The position numbers were made by a program, and so were the translations under genes. From positions 64,001 to 128,000 of the forward strand of contig CAWECG010000004.1 of the NCBI GenBank assembly GCA_963807605.1: DNA of 64,000 bases, in the 5' to 3' direction. This document shows, in pieces, positions 48,678-59,629 of this stretch. Source of the DNA: Candidatus Bathyarchaeota archaeon. Lineage in GTDB: Archaea; Thermoproteota; Bathyarchaeia; 40CM-2-53-6; RBG-13-38-9. Numbering within the stretch: the stretch's first letter is position 1; each line of letters opens with the position of its first letter. The notes beneath the pieces are model-generated. The model was not told the origin of the DNA, did not search any database, and saw nothing but the letters and a program-made list of their open reading frames with translations.

Positions 48678-51600
48678 ATGGTTTACATAAAAAGGATCGA
48701 CCTCAGAGGATTCAAAACCTTCGGCAAGAAGGCTACGCTGAAGCTCAGTCAAGGATTGACAGTCATCACTGGGCCGAACGGTTCTGGCAAGTCAAACGTT
48801 CTAGACTCGCTTAGGTTTGCGCTCGGAGAACTGAGCCCCAAGGAACTGAGGGGGTCTTCACTCTCAGACCTCGTATCAAAATCAAATTTTTCGAACCCTC
48901 CCAGATCAGCGCACGTATCAGTCCAATTTGATAACGCTGATAGGAGACTGCCCATGGATGCAGACTCCGTCACAATATCGCGCGAATTCTACAGAGGAGG
49001 AGAAGGCGTATACCGCCTTAATGGTAGAAGAGTCTCTCGAAAACAACTGACCGAACTGCTTTCATCAGCCGATATTCACGTGGCAGGATATAATATTGTT
49101 CCACAACATGCCATAACAAGACTCGCCGAGGTTACCTCCGAGGAGCGACGTAAGATAGTGGAGGACCTCGTAGGTCTGGGGACATATGACCTGAAGAAAG
49201 CTGAGGCCCAGATCCAACTCACTCAAGCCGATACAAACCTCAGGATCGCTTCAGCTAGAGTTGATGAAGTAAGAATTCGAGTGGAATCTCTTGAGAAAGA
49301 AAGAAACGACTTCTTGAGACACGCCCTTCTAACCAAAGAGATCACAAAACTGCAGGCACAGACTATATCAAGTAAAATAGCAACTCTGACAGACGATATC
49401 AAAGCCCTCAGAGAACAAACCGATAGTAAAGAGTCGCAGCTAAACAATTTGAAAGCCGAAAGAGACAGACTCTCTCTCTCACGACTACAAATTGAACAAG
49501 AGATGAGAAACCTCCAAGAGAAGCTTGTGGAGAAGGGAGGACAGAAGATACATGAACTTGAGAGATCTCTAAGCGAGATAAATTCCACAATAGGCAGCCT
49601 CAAGGCAGAAATTGAGGCTAAGAAACTGAATCTTCAACTTCTCAAGAGACAGAACGAGGGCTTAGAACAAGATAAAGGACAATACCTGTCTGAACTTGAA
49701 GCGACAAGGACCGAACTTGCCAAACTTGAAAAGGAAGAAGTTCAGCTTGAAACGCCCCTAAAGGAAAAGGAAACCAGCGCCCACGAGCTCTCAATCAGAA
49801 TCCAAGCAATGAAGAATGAACTGGCAGAAAAGTCTAGAGTTCTTAAAGAGACTGAAGGAAAACTTGAACTAGCAAACAAAGAATTTGTCAAGGCCAGCTC
49901 ACAACTCGAAGCTGAATCAACTAGAATCACTATAGTAGAGGATGAATTCAAGACAGCCCAAGTTCGAGAACTTGAACTTCAAAAGTCTCTTGAAGATGCA
50001 CAGAAAAGAAGAGACGAGCTTAGCGATGCACGGCGACGTCAAGAGGAAACATTGAACAAGACCGATCAGGAAATAACCCAATGCTTGACCCCGACGGAGC
50101 AGAGACAAAAAGAACTGGGTGAGGCCACAGAGATTGCTGAAATGGCCAATGAATCGATACTTGAGTTCGATGCTCAAAAGAAAATCGTGAACATATTAAA
50201 TCCAGAAGAGTTGACTCTGACTGGAATTGAGGAGTTGCGAGCCTCCAATATCCTGCATGGTGTTGTGGGTCGCCTGAGAGATCTTCTACGACTTGACAAG
50301 AGATATGAGAGAGCGGTTTACGCTGCCTGCGGAGATTGGCTAGATTCAATAGTCGTCAAGGATCTTGCTACGGCCATCACCTGCGTCGAATGCCTTAAAC
50401 GTTACAGGCTCGGTCGGATCAAAATAATCCCTCTCGACGTCGTGGCAGGCACGTCTCAGATAAGTGAGACGCCCGATGTTGAAGGCGTGATCAGCCGGCT
50501 AGTTGACTGTGTAAAATACGATGCCTCACTTGAATCTGCGGTGAACTTTGTTCTCGGCGACACAGTAGTGACAGAGAGTCAAAGATCTGCTTACCTGTCA
50601 TCCATCCGAGGGTTCAGAGCAGTCGTTCTGACTGGAGATTTGTATGAGCCTGGAGGCGCTATAGAAGCTGGCTATTATAGGGTGCCACTTGACATAGGCT
50701 CCATAGCGCCGAGAGCCGGGCTCCTCAATGACCTTAAAGAGACAATCGTCTCCCTCAACGATCTCGCTGAGAAGGCTGGAGCCCGCCTACTGAGCCTCAG
50801 ATCAAGAGTTGAGAAACTCAAAGAGGAAAGACACGGAATACGGAGAAGTCTAGACCAAATTCAGAACGACACTGAAGTAGTCGAAACCAAGCTCGTCTCC
50901 GTAAGCGAGGAGATGACGAGAGTAAAGGGTAAGCTCAAGTCTCTGGAAGAGCACATCGAAAAATCTGGAGAAAGCATCAAAACCTATGCGGATAGGAAAT
51001 GTGAATTAGAGAAGACCCTGAGGATTCTCGGGGATGCAAAGAACGCGCTAAATAGTATTGTTCATTCGGAAGAGATCAGGAGCTCTGAAGGGCAACACTC
51101 ACTTTTGATAGACGAACTGAATAGAATAAACGGAATGAAAGCAGTTATTCATTCGAGAATCTCAAGTCTCAAAACGGCCATAGAGTCGAAAGGTCAGATC
51201 TTGGAACGCACAGAATCTCAGTTAAGCTATATTCAGGGAAAAGAGCACGAACTCGCATCAGGACTTGGATCCGCAGAAATCGAGCTTGAGACTTATAGCA
51301 ATAAGCTATCTGAAGTCACACTGGAGAGAGATAACCTTGTCAGGTCACTGGAGTCCTTGAGGGAGGGCACGGCCAACGCCCAAACAAGACTGGATGATGT
51401 AAACGAGTCTCTCCGCAGGGCTGAGCAAGAGTTAGAGCCGCTAAACTCGAATCTAATCATGCTAAGACTTGAACTCAATAAGAAGGAGCTTGAAGAGAAC
51501 TACCTCCTAGAGGAACTTGGCAGGCTTGGATACGAAAGAATCGCTTGAGGTCTCTGATCTAGATCCGAGAACAGTTGAGACTCATCTCTCAACTTTAAGA

Positions 51601-52230
51601 GATGAACTCCAGCAGATAGGCGCCGTAAATGCCCTCGCCGTTGCACACTATGAAGAGCAGAGGAAGAACTACAAGCAGCTATCCATAAGGATAAACCAGC
51701 TCGAAGAAGAGAAACGATCTATTCTGAGGTTTATGGAAGAGATAGATCGAAAGAAACGCGATACTTTCATGGATGTCTTCGATAGATTAAGTCGCAACTT
51801 CGATGAGATCTTCTCAAAAATCACTGATGGCGGTGAGGGTAGACTGGTGCTTGAGAACCCCGAAGATGTCTTCAGTGCTGGCGTAGACATGCACCTCGCA
51901 TTCCCGGGGAAGGCAGAGTTATCCATAGGAAGCGCTAGTGGAGGGGAGAAATCTGTAGCCGCAGTCTGTTTCTTACTAGCTCTACAAGGGATACATCCAA
52001 TGCCGTTCTACGTCTTTGACGAGATCGATGCACATCTGGACATGGTCAACTCCCAAAGACTTGCCGATCTTCTCAAGGATCGCTCAACCAACTCTCAATT
52101 CATAGTCGTCTCCCTAAAAGATACGACCATCTCAAGGGCCAGCGGGGTCTACGGAATATTCATACAGGATGGCTTCTCCCAAGTTGTATCACTTCCAAAA
52201 CCAGAGGCTCAAAATGATGTCAGAACTTGA
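48678..52230 (+). CDS. smc: Chromosome segregation protein SMC (split by a +1 indel near 51536)
   Basis: GPNGSGKS, hinge (GRLRDL, GDLYEPGG); C-terminal ORF has SGGEKS and FDEIDAHLD. Confidence 0.95.
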
Positions 52231-52897
52231 GAAACCCTTCTGGATGAGGCAGCCTTACCTCATCCTCTTTGATCTCTTGAGGCTACACCGCGTCAAGCCT
52301 TGGGATGTGAACATCACGAACCTTCTCCATGCATTTCTGGCCGAGATGAAGCACAGGGGGCATGTAGACTTTTCAGTCTCCGGAACTGCCCTCTTGAGCT
52401 CATCCATAATACACAGAATGAAATCTGAGTTGGTTCTCAAGATGGAGGAACCGCCGAAGCCTCCAATCGAAAAGCCTCAAGAGAATATCCCGCCCCCACT
52501 TCCACTTCCGATCAGGTTCGAGTACACTGCGACCCCGTTGGCCGAAGTCTTACAGGCGATTGAAGAGGTTCTAAAGAGTGAGATTCAACTTTTGTCCAGA
52601 GAGGTTTCAAGCCTAAAACCCTCACCCGTCGTCGAGGCGCTCGACGACTTCGTTACGAACATTCAGGATCATCTAGAGGACTTATACCATCAGCTTATCC
52701 ATCGCTACGAACGTGGAGAGGAAATATCATTCAGAATACTTACAGTAAGAATGAACATCCAGGAGATGGTTAGGACTTTTCTCTTGATACTCTTCTTGGC
52801 AAGTAGAGGAAGAGTCAGACTGATGCAAGAGGAGGAATTTGGAGACATTAAGATCGAGGTGGCTGGATCCAGTGAAGGCGTCGGAGCAATCAGATAG
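52217..52897 (+). CDS. scpA: Kleisin ScpA
   Basis: KPWDVNI, FLLILFLA..G.V.L.QEE.FGDI; directly after smc. Confidence 0.9.
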   Translation: MSELEKPFWMRQPYLILFDLLRLHRVKPWDVNITNLLHAFLAEMKHRGHVDFSVSGTALLSSSIIHRMKSELVLKMEEPPKPPIEKPQENIPPPLPLPIRFEYTATPLAEVLQAIEEVLKSEIQLLSREVSSLKPSPVVEALDDFVTNIQDHLEDLYHQLIHRYERGEEISFRILTVRMNIQEMVRTFLLILFLASRGRVRLMQEEEFGDIKIEVAGSSEGVGAIR

Positions 52898-53498
52898 ACT
52901 CCTCAAGGCTAAAGAGAAGAACCACATCGATCTTATCGAAGCTGCTCTTTATGCGGCTGGGAGACCCCTGGACTTGGAAACCCTCTCTTTGCTAATCAAT
53001 GTAAAATCGAGTGCGATTGTAAAATCCCTCGCCGAGCAACTCATGAAAAGATACGAGGAGACTAATGGGGCTTTGGAACTGCTGAGACTCCAAGACGGAA
53101 GATATGTGATGCAGTTGCGTACCGATCTGGCCCAAGGAGTCATGAAACTGGTCACGAAGAGGCTTCTTACGAGAGGGCCGCTCAAAACCCTATCTTTCAT
53201 CGCGATCAAGCAGCCTGTCACGCAGGCCTACGTCGTGAAGGTGAGAGGAAATCTAGCTTATGGTCACGTAAGGTCTCTATACGAGAAAGGTCTCATATCC
53301 GAGGAACGCCTCGGCAGAACTAAGGTATTGAAAACTACGTCTGCCTTCGCCGATTACTTTAACCTAAGCAACGACCCCAGACTCATGAAAAATCAGCTGC
53401 AGAAGATCTTTGAACAACAAACTAAGAGCACAGGACAATACAAATCAACTCCCGAAATAATGCCTAGGCGCATTGATAAGGACGAAGAAAAGGTCTGA
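52872..53498 (+). CDS. scpB: ScpB
   Basis: IEAALYAAGRPL, LSFIAIKQPVTQ, TT..FADYF. Confidence 0.93.
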   Translation: MKASEQSDRLLKAKEKNHIDLIEAALYAAGRPLDLETLSLLINVKSSAIVKSLAEQLMKRYEETNGALELLRLQDGRYVMQLRTDLAQGVMKLVTKRLLTRGPLKTLSFIAIKQPVTQAYVVKVRGNLAYGHVRSLYEKGLISEERLGRTKVLKTTSAFADYFNLSNDPRLMKNQLQKIFEQQTKSTGQYKSTPEIMPRRIDKDEEKV

Positions 53499-53580
53499 GA
53501 ATTCAGCGACACACATCCTGCACAACCCTTATATTAATAAGATCTGTGGAAACTCCGAAGTCTAAAGGTGTATGAGAAAG

Positions 53581-53970
53581 ATGCCTCGATGGCATGGCGG
53601 TTTGACAAAGCGCAAGAAATCTGGCGGAAGACGAAGGGCCTACAGAGGGAAAAGAGCATTTGAGATCGGTGGAGAGCCCACAGAGACTGCTGTCGGCGAA
53701 ATTAGGAGAGTCAAGTCCAGAGGTTACGGCGGAAATGTCAAGCCTAGACTTCTGAAGTCCAACGTTGCCAATGTCACAGATCCGTCCACTAACATTACTA
53801 AGAAAGTTCAGATTACACGTGTAATCAAGAACCCATCAAACGTAGACTACCAAAGACGGGGCATAATTACCAAGGGCTCAGTGATAGAGACACCAATTGG
53901 TGAGGCTCATGTGACGTCAAGGCCAGGACAAGATGGCGTCGTGAATGCCCTTCTGCTTAAGCCGCGTTGA
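53581..53970 (+). CDS. rps8e: 30S ribosomal protein eS8
   Basis: KRKKSGGR, RRGIITKG, VTSRPGQDGVVNA. Confidence 0.97.
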   Translation: MPRWHGGLTKRKKSGGRRRAYRGKRAFEIGGEPTETAVGEIRRVKSRGYGGNVKPRLLKSNVANVTDPSTNITKKVQITRVIKNPSNVDYQRRGIITKGSVIETPIGEAHVTSRPGQDGVVNALLLKPR

Positions 53971-54282
53971 TTGACGGGTGTCGCCTTGAAGCAGCCGGGA
54001 AAGGCTGTAATCTGGCCTGCAAACTGCGACTCTACGAAAACGACCAAGCAGGGCCGAAGAGTTCGTAAAGAGCTCTGCGTCAACTTCCCAAAGCTGCAGG
54101 AGATAATGGCAGCAGCAGGCAATTTGGGTCTAAGATTTGAGCTTGTGAAGGATTCCTCTAGACCCAATTCTTGGTGGGAAAAGACAGGGAACTTAATAGT
54201 TGAAAAATCTGGACTGAGAAAGAGGGCTCTTCTGCTGGTGTTAGCTAAGGAGATCCGACGCCTGAGAGTAGGTAAGGCCTAG
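53971..54282 (+). CDS. srp19: Signal recognition particle protein SRP19
   Basis: VIWPA..DS..T..QGRRV, P.SWWE..G. Confidence 0.9.
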   Translation: MTGVALKQPGKAVIWPANCDSTKTTKQGRRVRKELCVNFPKLQEIMAAAGNLGLRFELVKDSSRPNSWWEKTGNLIVEKSGLRKRALLLVLAKEIRRLRVGKA

Positions 54283-54336
54283 GAAGCGCCGAGGTTTTGA
54301 CCCACTCCTCTTGAACTCCTTCGTTACGAACCTACT

Positions 54337-56349
54337 TTGAAGAGATCTGAAAAGAGATTGAGCGAACGAAAGATCTTCAGGACGTTGATGACACTAGACC
54401 AGGTTAAATCCATACTCGAATCACACGCCCTTATTTCAGTTCCAGATCGAGATATGAAGATGGAAGACTCACGGGGGCATGTCTTGGCCGAGGATATCGT
54501 CTCTACAATAGACGTGCCAGGCTTCGATCGGGCAACGATGGATGGATATGCTCTCAAGGCTCAAGATACATTCGGAGCTAATGAAGTCCAACCGCGCGTC
54601 TTGAAGTTGGTTGGGCGAATCGAACCTGGAGAAGAATCCGTCTTCACACTGAGCAGAGGAGAAGCTTCGGAGATCGCTACCGGCGCAGCTCTGCCAGTCG
54701 GAGCTAATGCTGTTTTGATGATCGAACATAGTAGAAGCTCAGGTGAAGTTGTGGAGATCTTCAAATCTGTTACACCGGGGGAGAACGTGATGGCTGCAGG
54801 ATCCGACCTCATGGCTGGCGAACTGCTGCTCAGAAGAGACCAACCAATAACTTCGCGGGAGGTCGGCATTCTAGCAGCGCTCGGAAAGGGGAGTGTGAGG
54901 GTACATGGTTCGCCAAAAGTTGCCATCATCTCTACAGGAAATGAGTTGGTTGCACCTGGATCAACGTTAGGCAAAGCTAAGATCTACGACATAAATGCCC
55001 CCGCGTTAGCTGCCGCAGTACGGGATTCTGGAGGAGTCCCAATTATGCTTGGCATAGCCCAGGATGATGAGAAGAAGATATCGGAGCTGTTGGAAGAGGC
55101 ACTCAGAGTAGCCGATATAGTTCTGACTTCAGGAAGCACTTCCGCCGGAAGGCGAGATCTCCTACCAAGACTAATCTCTTCTCTCAAGAACTCTCAAATA
55201 CTGGCCAATGGCTTGGCGGTGAAGCCGGGAAAGCCCGCCCTCACGGCTTTAGTTGGGGGAAAACCTCTATTTGCACTTCCTGGAAACCCTACCTCCGCCC
55301 TCATGGTATTCCACGCGCTGGTCAAGCCGACAATAAAGGGTTTGGCTGGAATGGCAACTCAATCCGATGAACATCTAGTAGAGGCTCAGGTCGCATTCAA
55401 AACCTTCTCAGTTCGGGGCAAGCAGGAGTTGTTGCCTGTACATGTGGTAACAGACGAGGTCGGGGCCTATCTAGCCTATCCAACTCTTGCCGGATCTGGA
55501 GCAATAACATCATTCGCGCTAGCTGACGGATTCGTAAAGATTCCTGCTGACAGGGATATCTTGCTTGAGGGCGAGAGAGTCCAAGTACATCTTTTCAGTC
55601 CTACGATCGAAATAGCTGATCTTGTGATAATTGGAAGCCATTGCATTGGGATCGATGTGTTGCTCAGGATAATGTCGAGACATCAGCGACAGGTCTCGAG
55701 CAAGATCATAAACGTGGGATCCCTTGGCGGCCTTCATGCAGTGAAGAGAGGTGAGGCTGACTTGGCAGGAATACATCTCTTGGATGAAACATCTGGAGAT
55801 TATAATACGCCATTCATAAAAAGGCTCAAGCTTGAAGAAAAGGTCGTACTCGTAAGGGGTTATGCTCGCGAACAAGGATTGATTACTGCAAAGGGTAATC
55901 CGAAACGAATACAAAATTATGAAGATCTACTTCGACCTGAAGTCACCTTCATCAATCGCAACGCTGGTTCAGGAACCCGGATCATCATAGATATGAGTCT
56001 TACAGCCCTAGCGAGGGAGAAAGCTATTTCTTTTGAAACGCTCACACAGCGAATCGAGGGCTATGATCTTGAGGCCAAGTCTCACAGTGCTGTTGCGGCA
56101 GCAATTCTACACGGTAAGGTAGATGTCGGCTTAGGAATAAGAACCGTTGCAGAGCAGAATGGTCTTGACTTCATTCCACACTCCCGTGAGAGATTCGACT
56201 TTGCGATTGGCAAGAGTCGTATTCATAAGAATTCCATCAGACTATTCCTTGAAACCTTGAAATCTGAAGAGTTCAAGCAAACCCTTGATAAAGAGGCGCC
56301 AGGACTCTGCGCGGATGATGAGACTGGTAATCAAATTCTCATATCCTAG
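54337..56349 (+). CDS. moeA: Molybdopterin biosynthesis MoeA fused to a periplasmic-binding-protein (PBP) domain
   Basis: FDRATMDGYA, STGNEL, KPGKP, LPGNP, GSHC, INRNAGSGTR. Confidence 0.93.
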   Translation: MKRSEKRLSERKIFRTLMTLDQVKSILESHALISVPDRDMKMEDSRGHVLAEDIVSTIDVPGFDRATMDGYALKAQDTFGANEVQPRVLKLVGRIEPGEESVFTLSRGEASEIATGAALPVGANAVLMIEHSRSSGEVVEIFKSVTPGENVMAAGSDLMAGELLLRRDQPITSREVGILAALGKGSVRVHGSPKVAIISTGNELVAPGSTLGKAKIYDINAPALAAAVRDSGGVPIMLGIAQDDEKKISELLEEALRVADIVLTSGSTSAGRRDLLPRLISSLKNSQILANGLAVKPGKPALTALVGGKPLFALPGNPTSALMVFHALVKPTIKGLAGMATQSDEHLVEAQVAFKTFSVRGKQELLPVHVVTDEVGAYLAYPTLAGSGAITSFALADGFVKIPADRDILLEGERVQVHLFSPTIEIADLVIIGSHCIGIDVLLRIMSRHQRQVSSKIINVGSLGGLHAVKRGEADLAGIHLLDETSGDYNTPFIKRLKLEEKVVLVRGYAREQGLITAKGNPKRIQNYEDLLRPEVTFINRNAGSGTRIIIDMSLTALAREKAISFETLTQRIEGYDLEAKSHSAVAAAILHGKVDVGLGIRTVAEQNGLDFIPHSRERFDFAIGKSRIHKNSIRLFLETLKSEEFKQTLDKEAPGLCADDETGNQILIS

Positions 56350-56469
56350 GAAGCTAGGATCTGGACGCGTACCACGAAGACGCGTGCGTAACGAGCGATA
56401 AGAGGTGATGTGACGAGCCTAAGCTCAAAAGAGCCAAACGCTATCTTAATATAATTTATCCCACTTCGA

Positions 56470-56727
56470 TTGTCTAAATCACTCGGCAAGTGCGAATTCT
56501 TGAGGAGGCTTAACAAGATTATCCATCTCTCAAAGAGCGGCAACTTGATAGTCCGACTTGACTCCAACATGTACCCGAAGCTTGGAGAGAAAGTCTTCGA
56601 CAGCAAACTCAGAGAGATAGGTAAGATCCAAGATATTTTCGGTCCAGTCCTCAAACCCTACATATCCATAAGTCCCACGACCTCTGACCCGTCTTCTTTT
56701 GTCGGGAAGCTTGTCTACTCAGAATAG
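56470..56727 (+). CDS. gar1: H/ACA RNP subunit Gar1
   Basis: IGKIQDIFGPV..PY; upstream of tfb. Confidence 0.88.
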   Translation: MSKSLGKCEFLRRLNKIIHLSKSGNLIVRLDSNMYPKLGEKVFDSKLREIGKIQDIFGPVLKPYISISPTTSDPSSFVGKLVYSE

Positions 56728-56739
56728 TGGTAGTGAGTC

Positions 56740-57693
56740 GTGTCAGAAGGGAACCCCGGGTCTAGCGGAGTCGAGACTAGTCCTCAGAGAGTTCGGATCT
56801 GTCCTGAATGCGGCAGATCAAGATTCATGAGAGACTACGATGCTGCAGAGGTGGTCTGCATGGACTGCGGGTGCGTAATATTGGAGAAGATAGCTGACTC
56901 TAGCCCTGAGTGGCGAGCCTTCGACGATGAACAGAGAACCAGAAGGGCTAGGGTGGGTGCCCCCATGACCTATACAATTCATGACAAAGGGCTATCGACT
57001 GTAATAGATTGGCATGATAAGCGATCATCTGGTAAGAGGCTCACTTCCGCGCAGAGAATCGAACTCTACGTCTTGAGGAAGTGGCAGAGAAGAGTACGAG
57101 TCTCAGATGCTACCGAGCGGAATCTCGCGGTGGCCCTCTCCGATCTGAGCAAACTATCATCAACCCTCAACTTGCCAAAGAATATCCTGGAGACAGCCTC
57201 AGTGATATACAGGAAGGCGATCAAGAAGCGACTGATAAGAGGAAGATCAATACATAACGTTACGGCTGCAGCGATCTACATGTCCTGCCGTCAATGCGGC
57301 ATACCCAGAACCCTCGATGAGATTGCGGAGGCAGCAAACCTCAACAAGAAGGATATAGGAAGAAGCTACCGATTCATGGTCAGAGAGCTAGAAGCATTCG
57401 TTCCTCCTTCAACCAGCAGACACTACGCCGCCAGATTCTCAAACAAACTCGTAATCTCTGGCAGAGCCGAGGCTATAGCGATAAAGATCCTTGATACCGC
57501 GAAGAAGATGAAATTGACAAGCGGCAGAGGCCCTACAGGAATAGCTGCTGCCGCAACCTACGTGGCCACAGTCCTAACGAATGAGAGGAAAACCCAAAGA
57601 GAGATCGCCGAGATAGCTAATGTGACTGAGGTAACAATTCGAAATAGGTACAAGGAACTTCTTGAACGTCTACTCATAGAGGTCCCACTCTAG
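56740..57693 (+). CDS. tfb: Transcription initiation factor IIB
   Basis: CPECG Zn ribbon, PEWRAF, two cyclin repeats, VTEVTIRNRYKEL. Confidence 0.97.
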   Translation: MSEGNPGSSGVETSPQRVRICPECGRSRFMRDYDAAEVVCMDCGCVILEKIADSSPEWRAFDDEQRTRRARVGAPMTYTIHDKGLSTVIDWHDKRSSGKRLTSAQRIELYVLRKWQRRVRVSDATERNLAVALSDLSKLSSTLNLPKNILETASVIYRKAIKKRLIRGRSIHNVTAAAIYMSCRQCGIPRTLDEIAEAANLNKKDIGRSYRFMVRELEAFVPPSTSRHYAARFSNKLVISGRAEAIAIKILDTAKKMKLTSGRGPTGIAAAATYVATVLTNERKTQREIAEIANVTEVTIRNRYKELLERLLIEVPL

Positions 57694-57758
57694 AGGAAAA
57701 GCTCTCCTCTCCAGAATCCCGGAAACGTTCACGATAAAGTAAATCGATTGTGATTTGG

Positions 57759-58994
57759 ATGGGTCTTGCAAGGGAGGTAGCGATTGTCGGGTGTGGAATG
57801 ACAAGGTTCCACCACAACCTACATTTGGACAAGAACAGCCGTGAGATATTTGCCGAAGCCGCAGACGAATGCTTGAACTCTGTCGATAATGGAATATCGA
57901 CTAAAGAGATCGACGCCCTTGTCATTGGGAGTACAGTAGGAGAATTCTTCGAGAAGCAATCTCACTATGCATCCTTGATGTCTGACTGGACAGGATTGCT
58001 TCCTGTACCTTCATTCCGCATCGAGACTGCCTGCGCTAGCTCATCAACAGCGGTCGAAGTAGCTGCCTTAGGCATAGCCTCGGGAATGTATGACACCGTA
58101 CTGGTTGGAGGGGTAGAGAAGATGTCGACTCTAAAGACTGAGATGATGACAGAGGCGCTAATGTCTGGTGTCGATGTCGCATACGACTATCCTGCGGGCG
58201 CAACCAACCCTGCACTCTACGCCATGATGGCCAACGCTCACTTTCACAAGTACGGATCGACCTGGGAGCAACTCACCGCCATTACAGTGAAGAATCATCA
58301 CAACGCAACTATGAACCCGAAGGCCCAATACCAATCCGAAGTTGTAGCATTAGGAAATAAGATAGGAGCAAAACAAGGCCTATCTTTCAAGGACCCTCTG
58401 AGTTTCCTCAGATCTGCGGTCAACCCGATCGTCGCCCATCCCTTAAGACTCTTCGACTGCTCCCCGACAAGTGACGGCGGTTCGGCTATAATAATGACGG
58501 CATCTAAGAATGCAAAGAAGTACACTGACACACCGGTTCACTTGGTCGGTCTGGGGCACGCTTCCGGAACGATGTCCCTCCATGACAGACCTGACTTGAC
58601 ATCTATCCCTGCCACTATCGAGGCTGCCAGAACGGCTTATAAGATGGCAAAGATCGAGGCTAGAAAAGTCGACCTTGGGATGGTGCATGACTGCTTCACT
58701 GTGGCTGAGATGCTGGCCACGGAAGATCTGGGATTCTTCAAGAAAGGTGAAGGTGGCAGAGCGGCAGAACAGGGAAGGACCGCGATAAACGGTGAGATTC
58801 CCATAAACACCGACGGTGGTCTCAAGGCCAAAGGCCATCCAATCGGTGCTACGGGTGTCGCAATGGTTCACGAGGTATACAAGCAACTGAGAGCAGAAGC
58901 TGGGGAGCGGCAAGTTAAGGACGCTGAGACAGGTCTTATTCACAACGTAGGCGCCACTGGTGGCACCGCGATAGTACAGATCTTCACTACTTGA
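57759..58994 (+). CDS. Thiolase-family protein (archaeal/SCP-x type)
   Basis: ETACASS, HDCFT, GGLKAKGHPIGATG. Confidence 0.92.
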   Translation: MGLAREVAIVGCGMTRFHHNLHLDKNSREIFAEAADECLNSVDNGISTKEIDALVIGSTVGEFFEKQSHYASLMSDWTGLLPVPSFRIETACASSSTAVEVAALGIASGMYDTVLVGGVEKMSTLKTEMMTEALMSGVDVAYDYPAGATNPALYAMMANAHFHKYGSTWEQLTAITVKNHHNATMNPKAQYQSEVVALGNKIGAKQGLSFKDPLSFLRSAVNPIVAHPLRLFDCSPTSDGGSAIIMTASKNAKKYTDTPVHLVGLGHASGTMSLHDRPDLTSIPATIEAARTAYKMAKIEARKVDLGMVHDCFTVAEMLATEDLGFFKKGEGGRAAEQGRTAINGEIPINTDGGLKAKGHPIGATGVAMVHEVYKQLRAEAGERQVKDAETGLIHNVGATGGTAIVQIFTT

Positions 58995-59077
58995 GCAGAC
59001 AAAAAGTACAGATCGAGAAAGCCCCAAATCTCGCAGTCTGCTCGTGCATATCTTGAAGTTCACCTGAGGCGGATTCT

Positions 59078-59569
59078 GTGTCAGAGCTCAAGTTGAAGAC
59101 GGTTGAGATAGAGAGGCCGGAAGGCGTAAACATCATTCTAGGACAGTGTCACTTCATTAAGAGTGTTGATGATCTTTATGAAGTCATTTCAGGAGGCGTT
59201 CCGGGAGCAAAGTTTGGAATCGCGTTTTCAGAGTCGTCAGGTCCGTGCTTGGTCAGACGTGCCGGTACTGACCAGGAACTCGTAGATCTAGCTGTTAAGA
59301 ATATGCTGAATATTTCAGCAGGCCACACCTTCATCGTCATGCTTAGGAATCTCTATCCGATAAACATCTTGAACTCGGTAAAGAACGTTCCAGAAGTCTG
59401 CAACATCTATTGTGCAACAGCAAATCCCGTGAGAGTCATAGTTGCGGATATCGGCGAGGGAAGAGGCATTCTTGGAGTTGTCGATGGCTACTCGCCAAAA
59501 GGAGTGGAGGATGACGCAGAGACCGAGAAAAGAAAAGCGTTTCTCAGAAAAATTGGATACAAGCTTTGA
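59078..59569 (+). CDS. Adenosine-specific kinase family protein (DUF355)
   Basis: NIILGQCHFIKSV.D, FSESSG, CATANP, GVVDG. Confidence 0.9.
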   Translation: MSELKLKTVEIERPEGVNIILGQCHFIKSVDDLYEVISGGVPGAKFGIAFSESSGPCLVRRAGTDQELVDLAVKNMLNISAGHTFIVMLRNLYPINILNSVKNVPEVCNIYCATANPVRVIVADIGEGRGILGVVDGYSPKGVEDDAETEKRKAFLRKIGYKL

Positions 59570-59629
59570 TGCCTATGCAAAGACGGTACTCCAAGAACAT
59601 GATATGACTAAGATAAATGGTGCAACACA

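Noticed and set aside
51500-51560. Programmed frameshift or naturally split SMC
   Set aside because: Removing one A from GAAAG restores the frame, there is no slippery heptamer, and similar indels occur throughout the window.
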